Shown here in pieces: positions 25,748-40,006 of a stretch of DNA of 64,000 bases. The notes beneath the pieces are model-generated. The model was not told the DNA's origin. It worked only from the letters and a program-made list of their open reading frames with translations, and searched no databases. A program made the position numbers and the translations under genes. The stretch lies in NCBI RefSeq assembly GCF_006345805.1, contig NC_043001.1, forward strand, positions 82,460,001 through 82,524,000. Direction: 5' to 3'. Every line of letters starts with the position of its first letter. Positions within the stretch are counted from its first letter, which is position 1. Origin of the DNA: Octopus sinensis (lineage: Eukaryota).

Positions 25748-26166
25748 GCATTTGTTCTTGTGATGTTTGTGTTTTGTTCTTTTGTTTCTCGTTCGTTCGT
25801 TCTGTCTAGGTCTTACGTTACATCCTCTTTTATTTTGCGAAGTTTAATTTACTTTTTCTGGATCATGCATATACGCTCACGCACGCACGCCAGCACACAT
25901 GCACACGGACCACGTGTTCATGTATACATAAATATGTACCAAGTTATCTGCCTACATTTACAAACGCACATAGATATAGACACATACATACATACAAATA
26001 GATTCACATACTTATACATGCATGCATACATACATACATACATACATACATACATACATACATACATACATACATACATACATACAAACATATATACATA
26101 CATACATACATACATACATACATACATACATACATACATACATACATACATACATACATACATACA

Positions 26167-26563
26167 AAGGCGGCAAGCTGTCAGAATCGTTAGCACACCG
26201 GGCGAATGCGTAGCCGTATTTCTTCTGCCGCTACGTTCTGAGTTCAAATTCCGCCGAGGTCGACTTTGCCTTTCATCCTTTCGGGCTCAATTAAATAAGT
26301 ACCAGTTACGCACTGGGGTCAATATAATCAACTTAATCCGTTTGTCTGTCCTTGTTTGTCCCCTCTGTGTGTAGCCCCTTGTGGGCAGTAAAGAAATAAG
26401 TATTTCGTCTGCCGTTACGTTCTGAGTACAAATTCCGCCGAGGTTGACTTTGCTTTCATCCTTTCGTGGTCGATAAATTAAGTACCAGGTGACTACTGGG
26501 TTGATCTAATCGACTATCCCCCTCCCCAAAATTTTAGCTCTTATGCATATAGTAGAAAGGATT
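26167..26563 (+). mobile_element. SINE family A dimeric copy
   Basis: Head + body + tail A + body + tail B, as at 234-612. Confidence 0.85.
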
Positions 26564-26664
26564 ATACATACATGCATGATTATATACATACATGCCAAAA
26601 ACGAAACCACCGAGTTGGCAGGAAATTATAGGTAAAAGTTAATGGTAAAGTTACCTTCTCGAAT

Positions 26665-26872
26665 CAAACCGTCTCACAAGGGCCGGTTTCCCCGTTTCAT
26701 GGCGTATATATTCTCCACTTGGACAGGACTCCAGTCCGTCGCAGGATTACTTATTTTTGTTGGCTGAGTGGACTGGAGCAACAAGAGCTAACACATCACT
26801 TGGTCCAGGAATTGAAACCATAATCTTACGATCATTAGTTTAATACACTAACCACTAAGCTATGCGCCTCCA
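26665..26872 (-). mobile_element. SINE family C copy
   Basis: Minus GGAGGCGCATAGCTTAGTGGTTAG...GGTTTCAATTCC; matches 38945-39188. Confidence 0.75.
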
Positions 26873-26899
26873 AATTGTAGGACCCTTGTTTATTTAAAT

Positions 26900-27745
26900 A
26901 TCATGTGCAAACTGTATCTAAGTTGCCTCGACCAATTCCTCCAGGATCATTAAGAGTCCAATTAAATAGTTATTGATGAGCAGTTAGATGAAAAGAAGGG
27001 AGTGTGGGAATTTGCTGAACAGCTTTTGATGAACAAAGCGATACTGTTTGAAGTAAGGAACCCTAGAAACAAACCGACGCTAAGGCTCCATTGGAGGAAA
27101 ACATTCGACTCTATTACCCACTCTTAACTGCTGAAATATTTGCATTTGGTAAAAGCTGCCTTTGAGAAGCTCGCAAAGACCTGGGCAACAATTCGTACAC
27201 TTACAACTGAAAGAGGGACGATCGTCTCCAATGATATAAATATTTCAAAGGGAATATTCCAAGGGGATGGTCTTCCAGTAATTCTGTTCATTTTGGCATT
27301 TAATCTATTATCGTTTCTGTCACAAAATCCAAATGGCTGCATGCTAGGGGTCTGCTACTGCTAGAGATATCAATGTAACCCATAATTTCTTCATGAATGA
27401 CCTCAAGGTTTATGCTAAAAGTGTTAACAATGCTAAAAGGCAGCTAGAATTAACATTTTCAGCTGGCATAGGTTTGGAATTTGGCCAAATGATATGTTTG
27501 TATTTGAGTATTAAACGCGGAAAATCAGTACTCCAGACCCAAAACATCTGAATCAGCGGTGCCTTTGTCTCTCCATTCTGAAAAAAGAATGCCATATATA
27601 CTTAGGCATTGATGAAAATATATCACATTAAGGTACTGTGTATAAATAACGATAGAGTGGCCCAAGAATATTAAACCAGACCTAGAAAAATATGGGAGTC
27701 GGAGCAAGTTCTTATAATAAGGCAATATCCAACAATGCATATGGA
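26900..27745 (+). mobile_element. Degenerate RT domain of an RLE-type LINE
   Basis: KGIFQGDGLPVILFILAFNLLS and HNFFMNDLKVYA (QGD and FxDD motifs decayed). Confidence 0.75.
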
Positions 27746-27948
27746 GCTTCGCATCTTTGTAAGAAAATAACTAATTCTTCAGAGGAAGATTTCAAATAAT
27801 TAAAAGCAGAAGATAACACATACACACAGACACACAGACACACACACACACGCAGATATGTTTATATATATATTATATATGTGTGTGTCTGTGTATGTAT
27901 GTATGTATGTATATATATATATGTATGTATATGCGCATATGTCGATAT

Positions 27949-27982
<34 letters not shown>

Positions 27983-28439
27983 ATTATCTATCTATATATA
28001 TATACACATACATATACATGTATATATATATGCTTATACACACACATACACATATATATACAAACAGGCATATATGATTATACACAGGCATACGCACATA
28101 TATACATGCATGCATACATATACACCCGCCAAATCACATGTATATGCACATTCTTAGAAATCTATATCTACCTACCTACTTACCTTCCTCCCTACCTATT
28201 TACCTCCCTACCTATCTACCTACCTACCTTCCTATCTATCTATCTACCTACCTACCTACCTACCTACCTACCTACCTATCTACCCTCCAACCTACCTGTA
28301 TATTTATTTAATAATCACTTTACTTTAAGATATCATGTCAAACAACTGTACTGTACCAATTATTGCATCCGGTCTCTCTCGTCTTATCACGCTTTACGTT
28401 CTGACATCATTTATATCTTCTTTATTATTGACCCCACCT

Positions 28440-28491
<52 letters not shown>

Positions 28492-29146
28492 TTTCTCCTC
28501 TTACTTCTCCTCGCCATAACCAATCGTGGTTAGAACTTGAATCACTGTTAAGAATTGATTTCCTGTCTCAAGAAGGAATTTCATTTGATTTCAATTTAGT
28601 TACGATCGTCTTTTTCTCTCCTCTCCCAGTTTCATTCGATAAAGTATTAAACAAAGTCAGACAAAGATAGACAAACCTGTCAATATTTTAAAGTCCAGCC
28701 GTTCGTTCATCTATGCAAAGCTGCCCCAGTTATTAAACTAACATCATTTATTGTCTGAATTTTTAAACTAATATTTAGATTCGACGAATTTAATATGGTA
28801 AATAGAATTTAAATAGCTAGAGCTACAGGACAACGGAACTAGTGATATTTGTAAGGGTTGTGACCTAGATGGAAAACATTGTGAAATTCAACGCTGTAAG
28901 CAGTGGGAGCACTGTATTTTAAATTTTACATGTTTTAGTCATTGGGCTGCGGCTATGCTGGGCCAGTGGCATGAAAGATTTAGTCGATGAAATCGCCCGG
29001 AATACTTATTTTTTAAGTCTGTTTTTTTTTAGCGTTTTTTGGGCGTCTTTTGCTGAACCGCTGATATTACTGGAGCATAAACAAACCAACACCACTTGTC
29101 AAGCAGTGATAAGGGACAAACGCAAAGACACATGATCACGCACGTG

Positions 29147-29225
<79 letters not shown>

Positions 29226-29727
29226 GTTTCTTTATTGGCCACACAGGGCTGCACACAGATGGGACAAGTTACAAGGTAGAGCTTTTCTTTTGGGGGATGA
29301 AAAAAACAAAAACAAAAGAAACAAAAAAAGGGGTGGCGTAGGTTTTTGATCAAGAGGGATCGTAAAAGGGAAGAAAGGAACAAAAAATAAAATAAAATAA
29401 AATAAAATAAAATAAAATAAAAAAGAAAAAAAGAAAAAGAAAAAAAAGAAAAGGAAAAGGAACAAAAGAAAAGACAAATGGAAAAAGAAGAAAAAAGGGG
29501 GGAAAAGGGGAAGAGGAAAAAAAAACGATCAATAGGGATCGTGTATCACAGTGTTATGATATATGGTGTAAAGGGGAAAGCAAGTAAGGTTTATTCGTGG
29601 GAAGAAAAGCCTACGAAAAAGACCACGGTAACCTTGGTCAATATTGTTATATGTTACCACATTTGTTTGCAAGTGGGTAACCCTCTGTTTTCAATTTCTG
29701 GGTTCATAGGATTATGCTCAAGGTGGC
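29226..29727 (-). mobile_element. Tx1-like LINE 3' UTR inserted in (GATA)n
   Basis: Aligns with 57517-57910; (GATA)n on both sides. Confidence 0.8.
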
Positions 29728-30288
29728 AGATAGATAGATAGGTAAGATGAAATTCCACATAGTTTCCATCCACGAAACTCGCTTACAAAATATTGGTTAG
29801 CTTTGGGGTTATGGTAGAAAATACTTGCCCATGGTGCTGTGCAGTAGATGTGGTACTTAACTCGAAACCATGAAAGTAATCATTTTTTACTTTTCCCAGT
29901 CAATACATTATCCAGTATAACTTCTCTTTTTAAGACGACACGATAAGATATGTGGCTGCTACTTCTAGTGGAAACACTCCTGTGGCTTTGTAATGTTAAG
30001 TTAGTGCATTTCCGATGTTCGAAAAAAATTGTCTCTGGTAAAAAGTCACAGAAAAAGTCACAATTTTAGCTAGGAAAACGAAAGCCACATTTTATTGAAA
30101 TACTATAAGCAAAGTACTAAAATAAAAAGTATTTTTGATCAGTTAACTGACAGTACGTAACTTGTATACAATTTATATTTGACGGCATTATGTCAAAAGA
30201 AAAATATTTTTATTCAATTTCTTAAGCAAAGCAAGACAATGACATCAACAATTTTAAAGTCAGTCATTTCACAATACATGACGTACAG

Positions 30289-31030
30289 AAGGCGGTTAAC
30301 TGGCAGAAACGTTAGCACGCCGGGCGAAATGCTTAGCAGTATTTCGTCTGTCTTTACGTTCTGAGTTCGAATTCCGCCGAGCTCGACATTGCCTAAAAGG
30401 CGGGGAACTGTCAGAAACGTTAGCACGCCGGGCGAAATGCTTAGCGGTATTTCGTCTGCCGTTACGTTCTGAGTTCAAATTCCGCCAGGTCGACTTTGCC
30501 TTTCGTCCTTTCTGTGTCGATTAAATAAGTACCATTTATGCACTGGGGTCGATATAATCCGTTTGTCTGTCCTTGTTTGTCCCCTCTGTGTTTAGCCCCT
30601 TGTGGGTAGTAAAGAAATAGATATTTCGTCTGCCGCTACGTTCTGAGTTCAAATTCTGTCGAGGTCGACTTTGCCTTTCATCCTTTCGGGATCGATTAAA
30701 TAAGTACCAGTTACGCACTGGGGTCGATGTAATCGACTTAACCCCTTTGTCTGTCCTTGTTTGTCCCCTCTATGTTTAGTCCCTTGTGGGCAATAAAGAA
30801 ATAATAATTTTAAAGGTGGCGAGCTGGCAGAAACGTTAGCACGCCGGGCGAAATGCGTAGCTGTATTTCGTCTGCCGTTACGTTCTGAGTTCAAATTCCG
30901 CCTAGGTCGACTTCACCTTTCATCCTTTCGGGGTCGATAAATTAAGTACCGGTTGCGTACTGGGGTCGATCTAATCGACTGGTCTCCTCCCCCAAAATTT
31001 CGAGCCTTATTCCTAGAGTAGAAAAGAATA
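30289..31030 (+). mobile_element. Head-to-tail cluster of SINE family A modules
   Basis: Three heads (30289, 30398, 30813) and four body copies. Confidence 0.9.
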
Positions 31031-31121
31031 CATAACATACAGATTCAAAACAGCTTACAAAGAACTGTAGCATGACATGTATATTCAGTAGTCTTAATGT
31101 TGATGACGAAGACTATTTTAC

Positions 31122-31283
31122 CTGTGATTTGTTTCCTGGATTCGCATTTCCAGCCTGGTATTTGGAGGCGGATGCATGAGCCGGAGGAAATTCTAGAGAC
31201 CGTGCTCGTAAAAGAGAGAATGTGTTTGCGTAAAACTCATCTATCTTTGTAGGTGAGCCAGACAAATGAGATGGTGGATGGGA
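31122..31283 (-). CDS. Candidate internal coding exon of an unidentified host gene (54 codons, phase 0-0)
   Basis: Non-repetitive 162-nt segment bounded by TTTCAG| acceptor and CAG|GTAAAA donor; only one frame is open: SHPPSHLSGSPTKIDEFYANTFSLLRARSLEFPPAHASASKYQAGNANPGNKSQ. Confidence 0.4.
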
Positions 31284-32344
31284 CTGAAATGGGCTTATTT
31301 TGAAGTGGAAGACATTTGAAAATTTCAGATCAAAAGCAGCAGCAGTGGTCGTGGTCGTCGTCGTCGTAGTAGTTGAGATGGGAGAAGAATACAAATGATC
31401 ATTTAGAAATATTTATTAGTTCTTAAAGACAGTGAGCTGGCAAAATCGTTAATATGCTAGGCAAAATACTTGGCAGCATTTTATCCGTCTTCATGTTCTG
31501 AGTTCAAATTCTACTGAGGCCGACTTTACCCTTCATTCATTCGGAGTCAAAATAAATACCAGTTGAACACTTAGGTTGATGTAATCGATTTACATCTTCC
31601 CCTGAAATTGCTGGCCTTGTTTCAAAATTTGAAATTGATATTTATTAAATCTTCACTAAATGCAGACATAGCTGACTGATTAAGAAGCTCGCTTTACAAC
31701 CACACGGTTTCTGGTTCAGTCGCCGCACTGCGTGGCACTTTGAGCGAGTGTCTTCATTGTGAGTGAACTTGCTAGGAGAAAACTATATGGAAGCTGGTCG
31801 TAAGTATGTATATTCGATTTGTCCGACAAAATCCTTCAAGGCGAGACCCCATCATGATTTCAGTCCAATGACTTATACAAGTAAAATATAAAAAAATATA
31901 TACAACGCTTCATCTTAAACTTATCATAAGAAGCAATTATAAGGTACTCCCTTACACAAAACACAGAAAAATAGGATATTAGTTAACACTACGCCTATAC
32001 TCTACAAAATTTCCCTCTGAACTGGACAACTAAGGATAAAAATAAAACTTGTAACAGAGAATAATGCTAACATAAAAACACAGGCAACATATTACATCAC
32101 AAACCAGTATAAAATCCTGACTGAAGACTTACAAAAATACCCTTTAAAATTCAAGTTCTGCTCATAATTTCCACAACAAACCTGTTATGAATAGTCCTCA
32201 ACACACGCTCCTCATGACTTCATCCTGAAATTGCGACTGCGATGCTCTAGAAGCTAAAAATCTGACGAATATGTGTAACAGAAAAGCTGCACTCTCCACA
32301 CACATACGCACACACACATACACGCATAAATTGTTTCTCCCTAA

Positions 32345-32433
<89 letters not shown>

Positions 32434-32634
32434 TGTGTGTGCCTATATGTGTGTGCATTTGAACCTGAATTACAGACAAATGATACAGGACATGCTATTT
32501 AGGTCCGTCCGACTGTTGCATTATGAGAGGCATGAAACTTAGCGTGGCTTGCATTTAATTCCTGAATATATTAAATAACATTTATCTCTCATTGGATGGA
32601 TTACATTTTGTTGTTCCCACTAATAAAAAAAAAC

Positions 32635-32760
<126 letters not shown>

Positions 32761-32975
32761 GTTTGTGTGTAAGTTTGCATGCAGGTATGTATATCTGTAT
32801 TGGATGATAAAGTGTCTGTTTATCATTTTGATTTCATGCAGTCGACCCCTTCGAAATAACCGTCAAACTTTTCCATGTAAAGCAAAATAAATCATCTGAA
32901 AGGTAAAAGAGTGATGCTTCAATTTAATGCGTTGGACTGTTTTTATTATATAACTATACATAAGAACAAACATTA

Positions 32976-33074
<99 letters not shown>

Positions 33075-33659
33075 GTGTCTATCTACCATGTGCGCGCTCA
33101 GGCACTTACTCACTCCCTTACACACTCACGCACTTGCGCATATATCTTAATATCAGTAATGGCGTATTTATGAGTATCAATGTATACAGCTGAATTAAGA
33201 CCATCGTTCAGACACTTCCGGTACCTATTTGAGGGTAGTGGGGAAGGACATTCAAAGTTTATGACTACCTTCAGCTGTGTGCCAGCATGTGTGGTCTCAG
33301 TTTTTCTGCAAGCTACAATGTTAGGCTATCATTGCGCATCTTATATTTGTCTGTGCGATAAATCTTTTAGAAAATTCATATCCAACAACACTAGAAAGGT
33401 AATATGTAACATCGCCTTGGTAGTCTAGTTTTCTAACATACGTTTAAATGTGTGTGTGTGCATTACTAAAGACATCTTTTCTGTTTAGGGGAAAGACTAT
33501 TTGAAAATTACGCACTTTTCACGTGATCCGCCAATATTAATCTTTATTTGAGCATTCCAGAACATATTTGTAATTCACTCTATATAAGAAATAAGTTTTA
33601 CGTTTATTAATTAGTAAAAATCATTAAAACGATTACAGTGAAATTAGTTTGTTGAGTGG

Positions 33660-34125
33660 AAAATCCACCGTTTCGGACAGAGAGGGTATATGTGGTCCTG
33701 TGGTCTGAAAAGACCAAGAAAATTATTGTAATTGAACTCATAGTCCCGTGGGAAGAGGGGATGTGATGAGGCCCATAATGGAAGCGTGTCAAATAATAGA
33801 GCCTTCTGCAAGATTGAAGGGAGTAGGGATGGCAGGTATGGCTTTCCCCAGTCGTGATTGGCTGTAGGGGGTTCCGGCTGAGTAGCCATTGGAATGAAAC
33901 GTAAGGAGTGAATGGTGCACATGATGGGAGAGGCAGCTGAAAGAGCTTCTAGTTGGTTTTGGAGCAAGAAAGAGGAGTTAAGCTCAGGAGGAGATGAAGA
34001 GCAGCGACTTAGCTACGTCTGCTTGTCCATCAATGGGTGGTGTTACAGTTTGGGGTCGAAACACCCGTTGAACGTTGGATACCGTCTGATAACATCAGTT
34101 TCTCCTGGCCAAGGCACCATTCACT
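33660..34125 (+). mobile_element. HERO/R2-like RLE LINE 3' fragment
   Basis: VLWSEKTKKIIVIELIVPWEEG...FPVVIGCRG...AAERASSWFW, typical RLE C-terminus. Confidence 0.7.
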
Positions 34126-34160
34126 AAAATGAATGGAAAAAGAACCACTTTATAGGTATT

Positions 34161-34217
<57 letters not shown>

Positions 34218-34439
34218 GTATAAGGATGTTGAACGAAACACCCATGTTTCCAGAGGTAAATTATTCAAACCCCAAGAATCCCTCTCAACATATGGCTATG
34301 ATACTCCCCCACTACTTCTGCTCGTGATCAGAGATGCACATGTCGTCAGCCACCTGGTTAAGGTCAAATAACTGACAAGCAAATCTGTGGTATTGAGCAG
34401 AATATTTGATCTAGCCCATCTTTATTATTATTATTATTA

Positions 34440-34509
<70 letters not shown>

Positions 34510-34511
<2 letters not shown>

Positions 34512-34725
34512 GGTGGTGAGATGGCACAGTTGTTAGCACGCCGGGCGAAATGCGTAGCGGTGTTTCGTCCCATCTTTACGTCCTGACTTGAAATTTCGTT
34601 GAGGTCGACTTTGCCTTTCATCCTTCGTGATCGATAAAATTAAATACCAGTGAACCACTGGTGTCGATGTAATCGACTAGTCCTCTCCCCGGAAATTCCA
34701 GGCTTTGTGCCTATAATGGAAAAGA
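34510..34725 (+). mobile_element. SINE family A monomer with tail B
   Basis: Same head and body; follows (ATT)n. Confidence 0.8.
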
Positions 34726-35061
34726 TCAACATCATCCTCATCATCACCATCATCATCATGAACATCATCGTCGTCATTGCTATTATTAAAAAGGACAGTA
34801 GAAAACGCTTATATTAGGCTACAGACTGTTTTCACTTGTTATAATACCCAGGATTCAGTGTTTTCGCCTCAACCGTCAGCGATTGGTTGTCTGTATCAGA
34901 TGACTGAGTAATTCAGATAACACTGAATGCTTAAATTTGGCAGCATACCAGCTGCAATCTGTACAAATACCAATATTTCCACTCAACTACTTTGAAGGAG
35001 AAACACAGCAAATAGACCGGGGGCGAGTAACTTAATATACGTGCTTTAGATATATACATTT

Positions 35062-35109
<48 letters not shown>

Positions 35110-35222
35110 TATATATATAATATATATATATACATATATATACATATATATACATATGTATACATATATGTACATATGTACACATACACATACATAAATA
35201 CCTATATATATATGCATGTATG

Positions 35223-35260
<38 letters not shown>

Positions 35261-35560
35261 AGCAATGGCAATATAAGCAAGCAATGGCGAAATGAAATAA
35301 CGAGCTTATTGTTCGCTTTTCCGTGATCAAAATACCACATTTCGGTTTAATGTGCATAATGCATTGTTGAGTGAACAGTAGCGAATCTTGTATGACTGCC
35401 TCTATGGATTTTTGCCATAAAAAATGAGAAATCTCTCTGAGAACATGGAGACGACATCTAATTGGTCGTATGAAGAGCTTTTGTAAGCTTTGTCACCTGA
35501 ATTGAAATACTTCATCCGGTCTTTTATGGATTATCATTCTCACCCTCTCCTAATCATTAC

Positions 35561-35642
<82 letters not shown>

Positions 35643-35644
<2 letters not shown>

Positions 35645-35845
35645 TCATCCATCTCTGGGCTATATGTGTGAGTGTGTGCATACTTAGCTATCTAACTAGT
35701 TATCGATGTAACTACCTATCCGTATCTGTCAATTTATTTTCTTTCTCTCAATCTCTCTCTTTATGTATGCATGCATGTATGTTTGTATGTATGTATTTAT
35801 GTATGTATGTATGTATGTATGTATGTATGTATGTATGTATGTATG

Positions 35846-35885
<40 letters not shown>

Positions 35886-35898
35886 GATCAATCAATCA

Positions 35899-35986
<88 letters not shown>

Positions 35987-35999
35987 GTCTGTCTGTCTA

Positions 36000-36042
<43 letters not shown>

Positions 36043-36282
36043 CTATCTATCTATCTATCTTCTATCTATCTATCTATTCATCCATCTCTGGGCTATATGT
36101 GTGAGTGTGTGCATACTTAGCTATCTAACTAGTTATCGATGTAACTACCTATCCGTATCTGTCAATTTATTTTCTTTCTCTCAATCTCTCTCTTTATGTA
36201 TGCATGCATGTATGTTTGTATGTATGTATTTATGTATGTATGTATGTATGTATGTATGTATGAATGTATGTATGTATGTATG

Positions 36283-36318
<36 letters not shown>

Positions 36319-36331
36319 GATCAATCAATCA

Positions 36332-36419
<88 letters not shown>

Positions 36420-36444
36420 GTCTGTCTGTCTGTCTGCCTGTCTG

Positions 36445-36496
<52 letters not shown>

Positions 36497-36500
36497 CTGT
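35643..36500. repeat. Tandem duplication, 433-bp period, including unique spacer and microsatellites
   Basis: ATTCATCCATCTCTGGGC... at 35643 and 36076. Confidence 0.9.
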
Positions 36501-36685
36501 TCACCTTTTTTATCTATCTGTATGTAGCTATATCTAGAGCAAGATATCTCATTCATTCTTTATAATTATTTACCCATATCTCTTTCTCTGTATATATCAG
36601 TGTTTAAATGTGTGTAGATATGAATGTATGTGTGTATAAACACACACATACGCACACACACAAAAACACAACACACACATACATG

Positions 36686-36747
<62 letters not shown>

Positions 36748-37078
36748 CATACATACATACATACATACATACATACATACATACATACATACATGTATAC
36801 GTTGTATTTTCGATATTTCTTTATGCTTCCGAGTATCGCAAAACATTAGATAGAGCTGAAATTTATCATATACGATATCAAACAGGACTGGGGTGAAAGT
36901 TTATATCTGTGAGCGTATTTTCGTAAGTTTCCAATACAAAAGACTTCGAGTATTGATCTGCACAGGAATATTCCTCCATTTATTACACTTTGTGAAGAAC
37001 CCATCAAATAATATCTCATTATTACTACGTGGATACGTTTCTACACAGCAGTCTTCCTGTCTCACCATTTTTGTCCCT

Positions 37079-37115
<37 letters not shown>

Positions 37116-37594
37116 TACACACATATATATATATATACACATACACATACATACACACACATACACACACACACAAACACATACACACTCAACCACACAC
37201 ATACACATATACTTACATAGATATATATTTATACATAAATAATATATATGTATACACACACACACACACACACGTATATGTGTATGATAGTATGTGTGTG
37301 CGTATGAGGAACGCATTTTCTTTGAAATGCATTGTGAAATGTGTTGGAAATTATTTCATTTTTCTTTTTTCTCCAAGAAGGTTTTCTTTTCATGCTTCCC
37401 TCCGAATTCCTTGTACTTTGTTCGGAAAAGTAAAATTTCCTAATCTATTCCCAGAGTTCCTAAACTGTCACTCTCTCATATCCTGAATCCTGTATTATAG
37501 GAATGTGTTGCACATTGCAATAATCGGTATAAAACTTACCGTTGGAATTTGAAGCCTTATCCCTCAATGTTCATGTAATTATTTCAAAGATTAT

Positions 37595-37945
37595 TCTTTA
37601 TTCTTTAACTTGTTTCAGTCATTAGACTACGGCCATGCTGGAACACTACCCTGTGGAATCTTAGTCGAACTAAACGACCCCAATACTTATTTTCTTTTTA
37701 AGCCTGGTACTTATTGTATCGGTCTCTTTTGCCGATACAATACGGGGATGTAAACATACCAACACCGGGTGTCAAGCGATAGTAGGGACAAGCACAGACA
37801 CAGCCACGCACGCACGCACACACGCACACACACACACACGCATACACATATATATATATACACACACACACGAAGAGCTTCTTTCAGTTTCCGTCTCCCA
37901 AATTCATTCACAAGGCTTTGGTCAGCCCGAGGCTATAGTAGAAGC
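37595..37945 (-). mobile_element. SINE family B copy lacking head
   Basis: Body match to family B. Confidence 0.75.
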
Positions 37946-37977
37946 CACTAGCCCAATATATATATATATACATATCT

Positions 37978-38680
37978 CACTTCCGCTGTTTACAGCAGTG
38001 TTTGGAAGGAAGGTGTGAGGCGTGTGATCGTCGCATTGACCATGACAGAGATAGTTGTCATGACGATACCTGCTCAGGGGTCTACGCAAAGTTGCAGAAA
38101 GTGAATAGAAAGGAGTGTAAGAGCCGCACACAAGTGTAAGAGTGGTTCAGACATTTCCAAGATGGCCGAAAAAATGTCGATATTGACAAACGTCCTGGGA
38201 GACCAGCAACAAGTAGAACCGAGAAAAACATCGTAGATGTGTGCAGCTGTGAGAGGAAATCGTCGAATCACCAATCGTGAGTTATCAGAGCATGTGTAGA
38301 TTAGTTACGGTTCAGTTCAGTCCATTATCACTGAAGAGTTGGGTACGACACGCTTGTCTACCAGGTTCATACCAAAACTGCTTTAAGCTGACCAAAAGGA
38401 CATTTGGGTTTCTGTTGTACAAGATATTGATTCTGTCGAGAAAAATAAAAGCTTTTTGAAAACTTTGTGTAGGTCTCTGAGCAGGTATCACCAAGCTTTT
38501 GGCAAAATTTGACGCAGATTCTTTGCACAACTTTCTCTGTCATGGTCAATGTAATGATCACACACGACACATCTTCCTTACAAGCATTGCTGTAAACAGC
38601 AAAAGTGGGCTAGAATTTTATGGTCAATCTGTCCCAAGTTTCGTTACTATGACAACAGTCCGGATACTTATTGATCAGTG
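37978..38680. mobile_element. Mariner-derived foldback element
   Basis: Plus: EWFRHFQDGRKNVDIDKRPGRP (mariner HTH); minus: MTEKVVQRICVKFCQKLGDTCSETY; inverted arms ~37978-38093/38461-38607; ends at TA. Confidence 0.8.
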
Positions 38681-38944
38681 TATATATATATATATATACA
38701 CACATACACGCATATGCAGGCACACATATATAAGCATATTACAAATATTTAGTTGTATGCTTATATAGGTGTGCCTGCGTGTAAATATATGAATACGTAT
38801 GTGTATGTGTGTATTTATGTATGTATACGTATATAAAGATATACGTAAACATATGTATATGTATGTATATGTGATATATGTACAGACATAGAAATGAATG
38901 TGCTGTGAAAGGTCTCACTGCAGTATATAAAAATAAAATGAATA

Positions 38945-39188
38945 CGCCCTTTTTAAAGTCTAGCCAGGATCATGGGCCCGGTTTCCCGGTTTCAATGGCG
39001 TATGTGTTAGCTGGACGGGACACCAGTCTAATCTCAGCGTTACTCATTTTTGCCAGCTGGGTGGACTGGAGCAACGTGAAATGAAGTGTTTTGCTCAAGA
39101 ACACAACGCGTCGCCCAGTCCAGGAATCGAAACCACAATCTTACGGTCATGGTACTGACACCCTAACCACTAAGCCACGCGCCTCCAC
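38945..39188 (-). mobile_element. tRNA-derived SINE family C
   Basis: Minus GGCGCGTGGCTTAGTGGTTAG (A-box), GGTTTCGATTCC (B-box), TTGTGTTCTTGAGCAAAACACTT. Confidence 0.85.
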
Positions 39189-40006
39189 CACTGCAGTATA
39201 TAGGGGTAAATTAATTCTTCAATGTTTATTTTCTTCTCTTCCCTAAAAGATAAGGAAGGACTTTGAGGGAAAATTAACTACTATTAGTCAAACTGCTATA
39301 TAGAAAATTCCTCAATGGTGATAGTATAATTTGTTTGCCAAAATTTCTTCAGAAAACTGTAAAAGACACTTAATTAACGCTAGCCTATCGGCTAGTTTGA
39401 CAAAGTTGAGATGGCAGGATACATTGGCAACTCTAGCTGAGATTTTGGCACCATATCGAGACAGGACAATAAAAGAGGTTTTATACTAAATTCATACTAA
39501 ATACTGTTATCTCAGATAATGTTGAAAACTGAGAAGGAAATATGTAGAATTTCCGCTAGTAGACTAGGTGAAGTTGCTTATATATGTACGAGTGTGTGCG
39601 CATGTATACAGATTATGTAAGTATGTTTGTATGCATATGTGTATGTATGTATGTATGTATGTATGTATCTACGTATGCATATATCTATGTATCCATACAT
39701 ATGTTTATGTATGTATGTTCTTCTCTTTCTATTTTTCATGTTGAATAAATGTTGACCGGCCACCTATTTGGTAGAAAGGTTGTGCAAGAAAGCATCTTGT
39801 TTCAACCATCATAAGGTCTTAAAGATTTTGGTAGCGTATGAATGAAAGATTCTCACAACAAGATGCCAAGTTCAGCCATACTTTGTTCCAGACGGTTGCA
39901 TGTATATATGTATGTATATATTTATGTATGTATGTATGTATGTATGTATGTATGTATGTATGTATGTATGTATGTATGTATGTATGTATGATGTGTGTGT
40001 ATATAG

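Noticed and set aside
25187-26374. 395-aa ORF
   Set aside because: Translation of (CAT)n and (CATA)n tracts plus a SINE; low complexity
30289-31030. CRISPR-like repeat-spacer array
   Set aside because: Units are long SINE modules in a eukaryotic context; no cas genes
32185-32265. Second host exon on the minus strand
   Set aside because: All frames between plausible splice sites contain stops
35771-36565. Long ORFs of YVCM/LSIY/IYIY/HT type here and throughout the window
   Set aside because: Stop-free microsatellite reading frames
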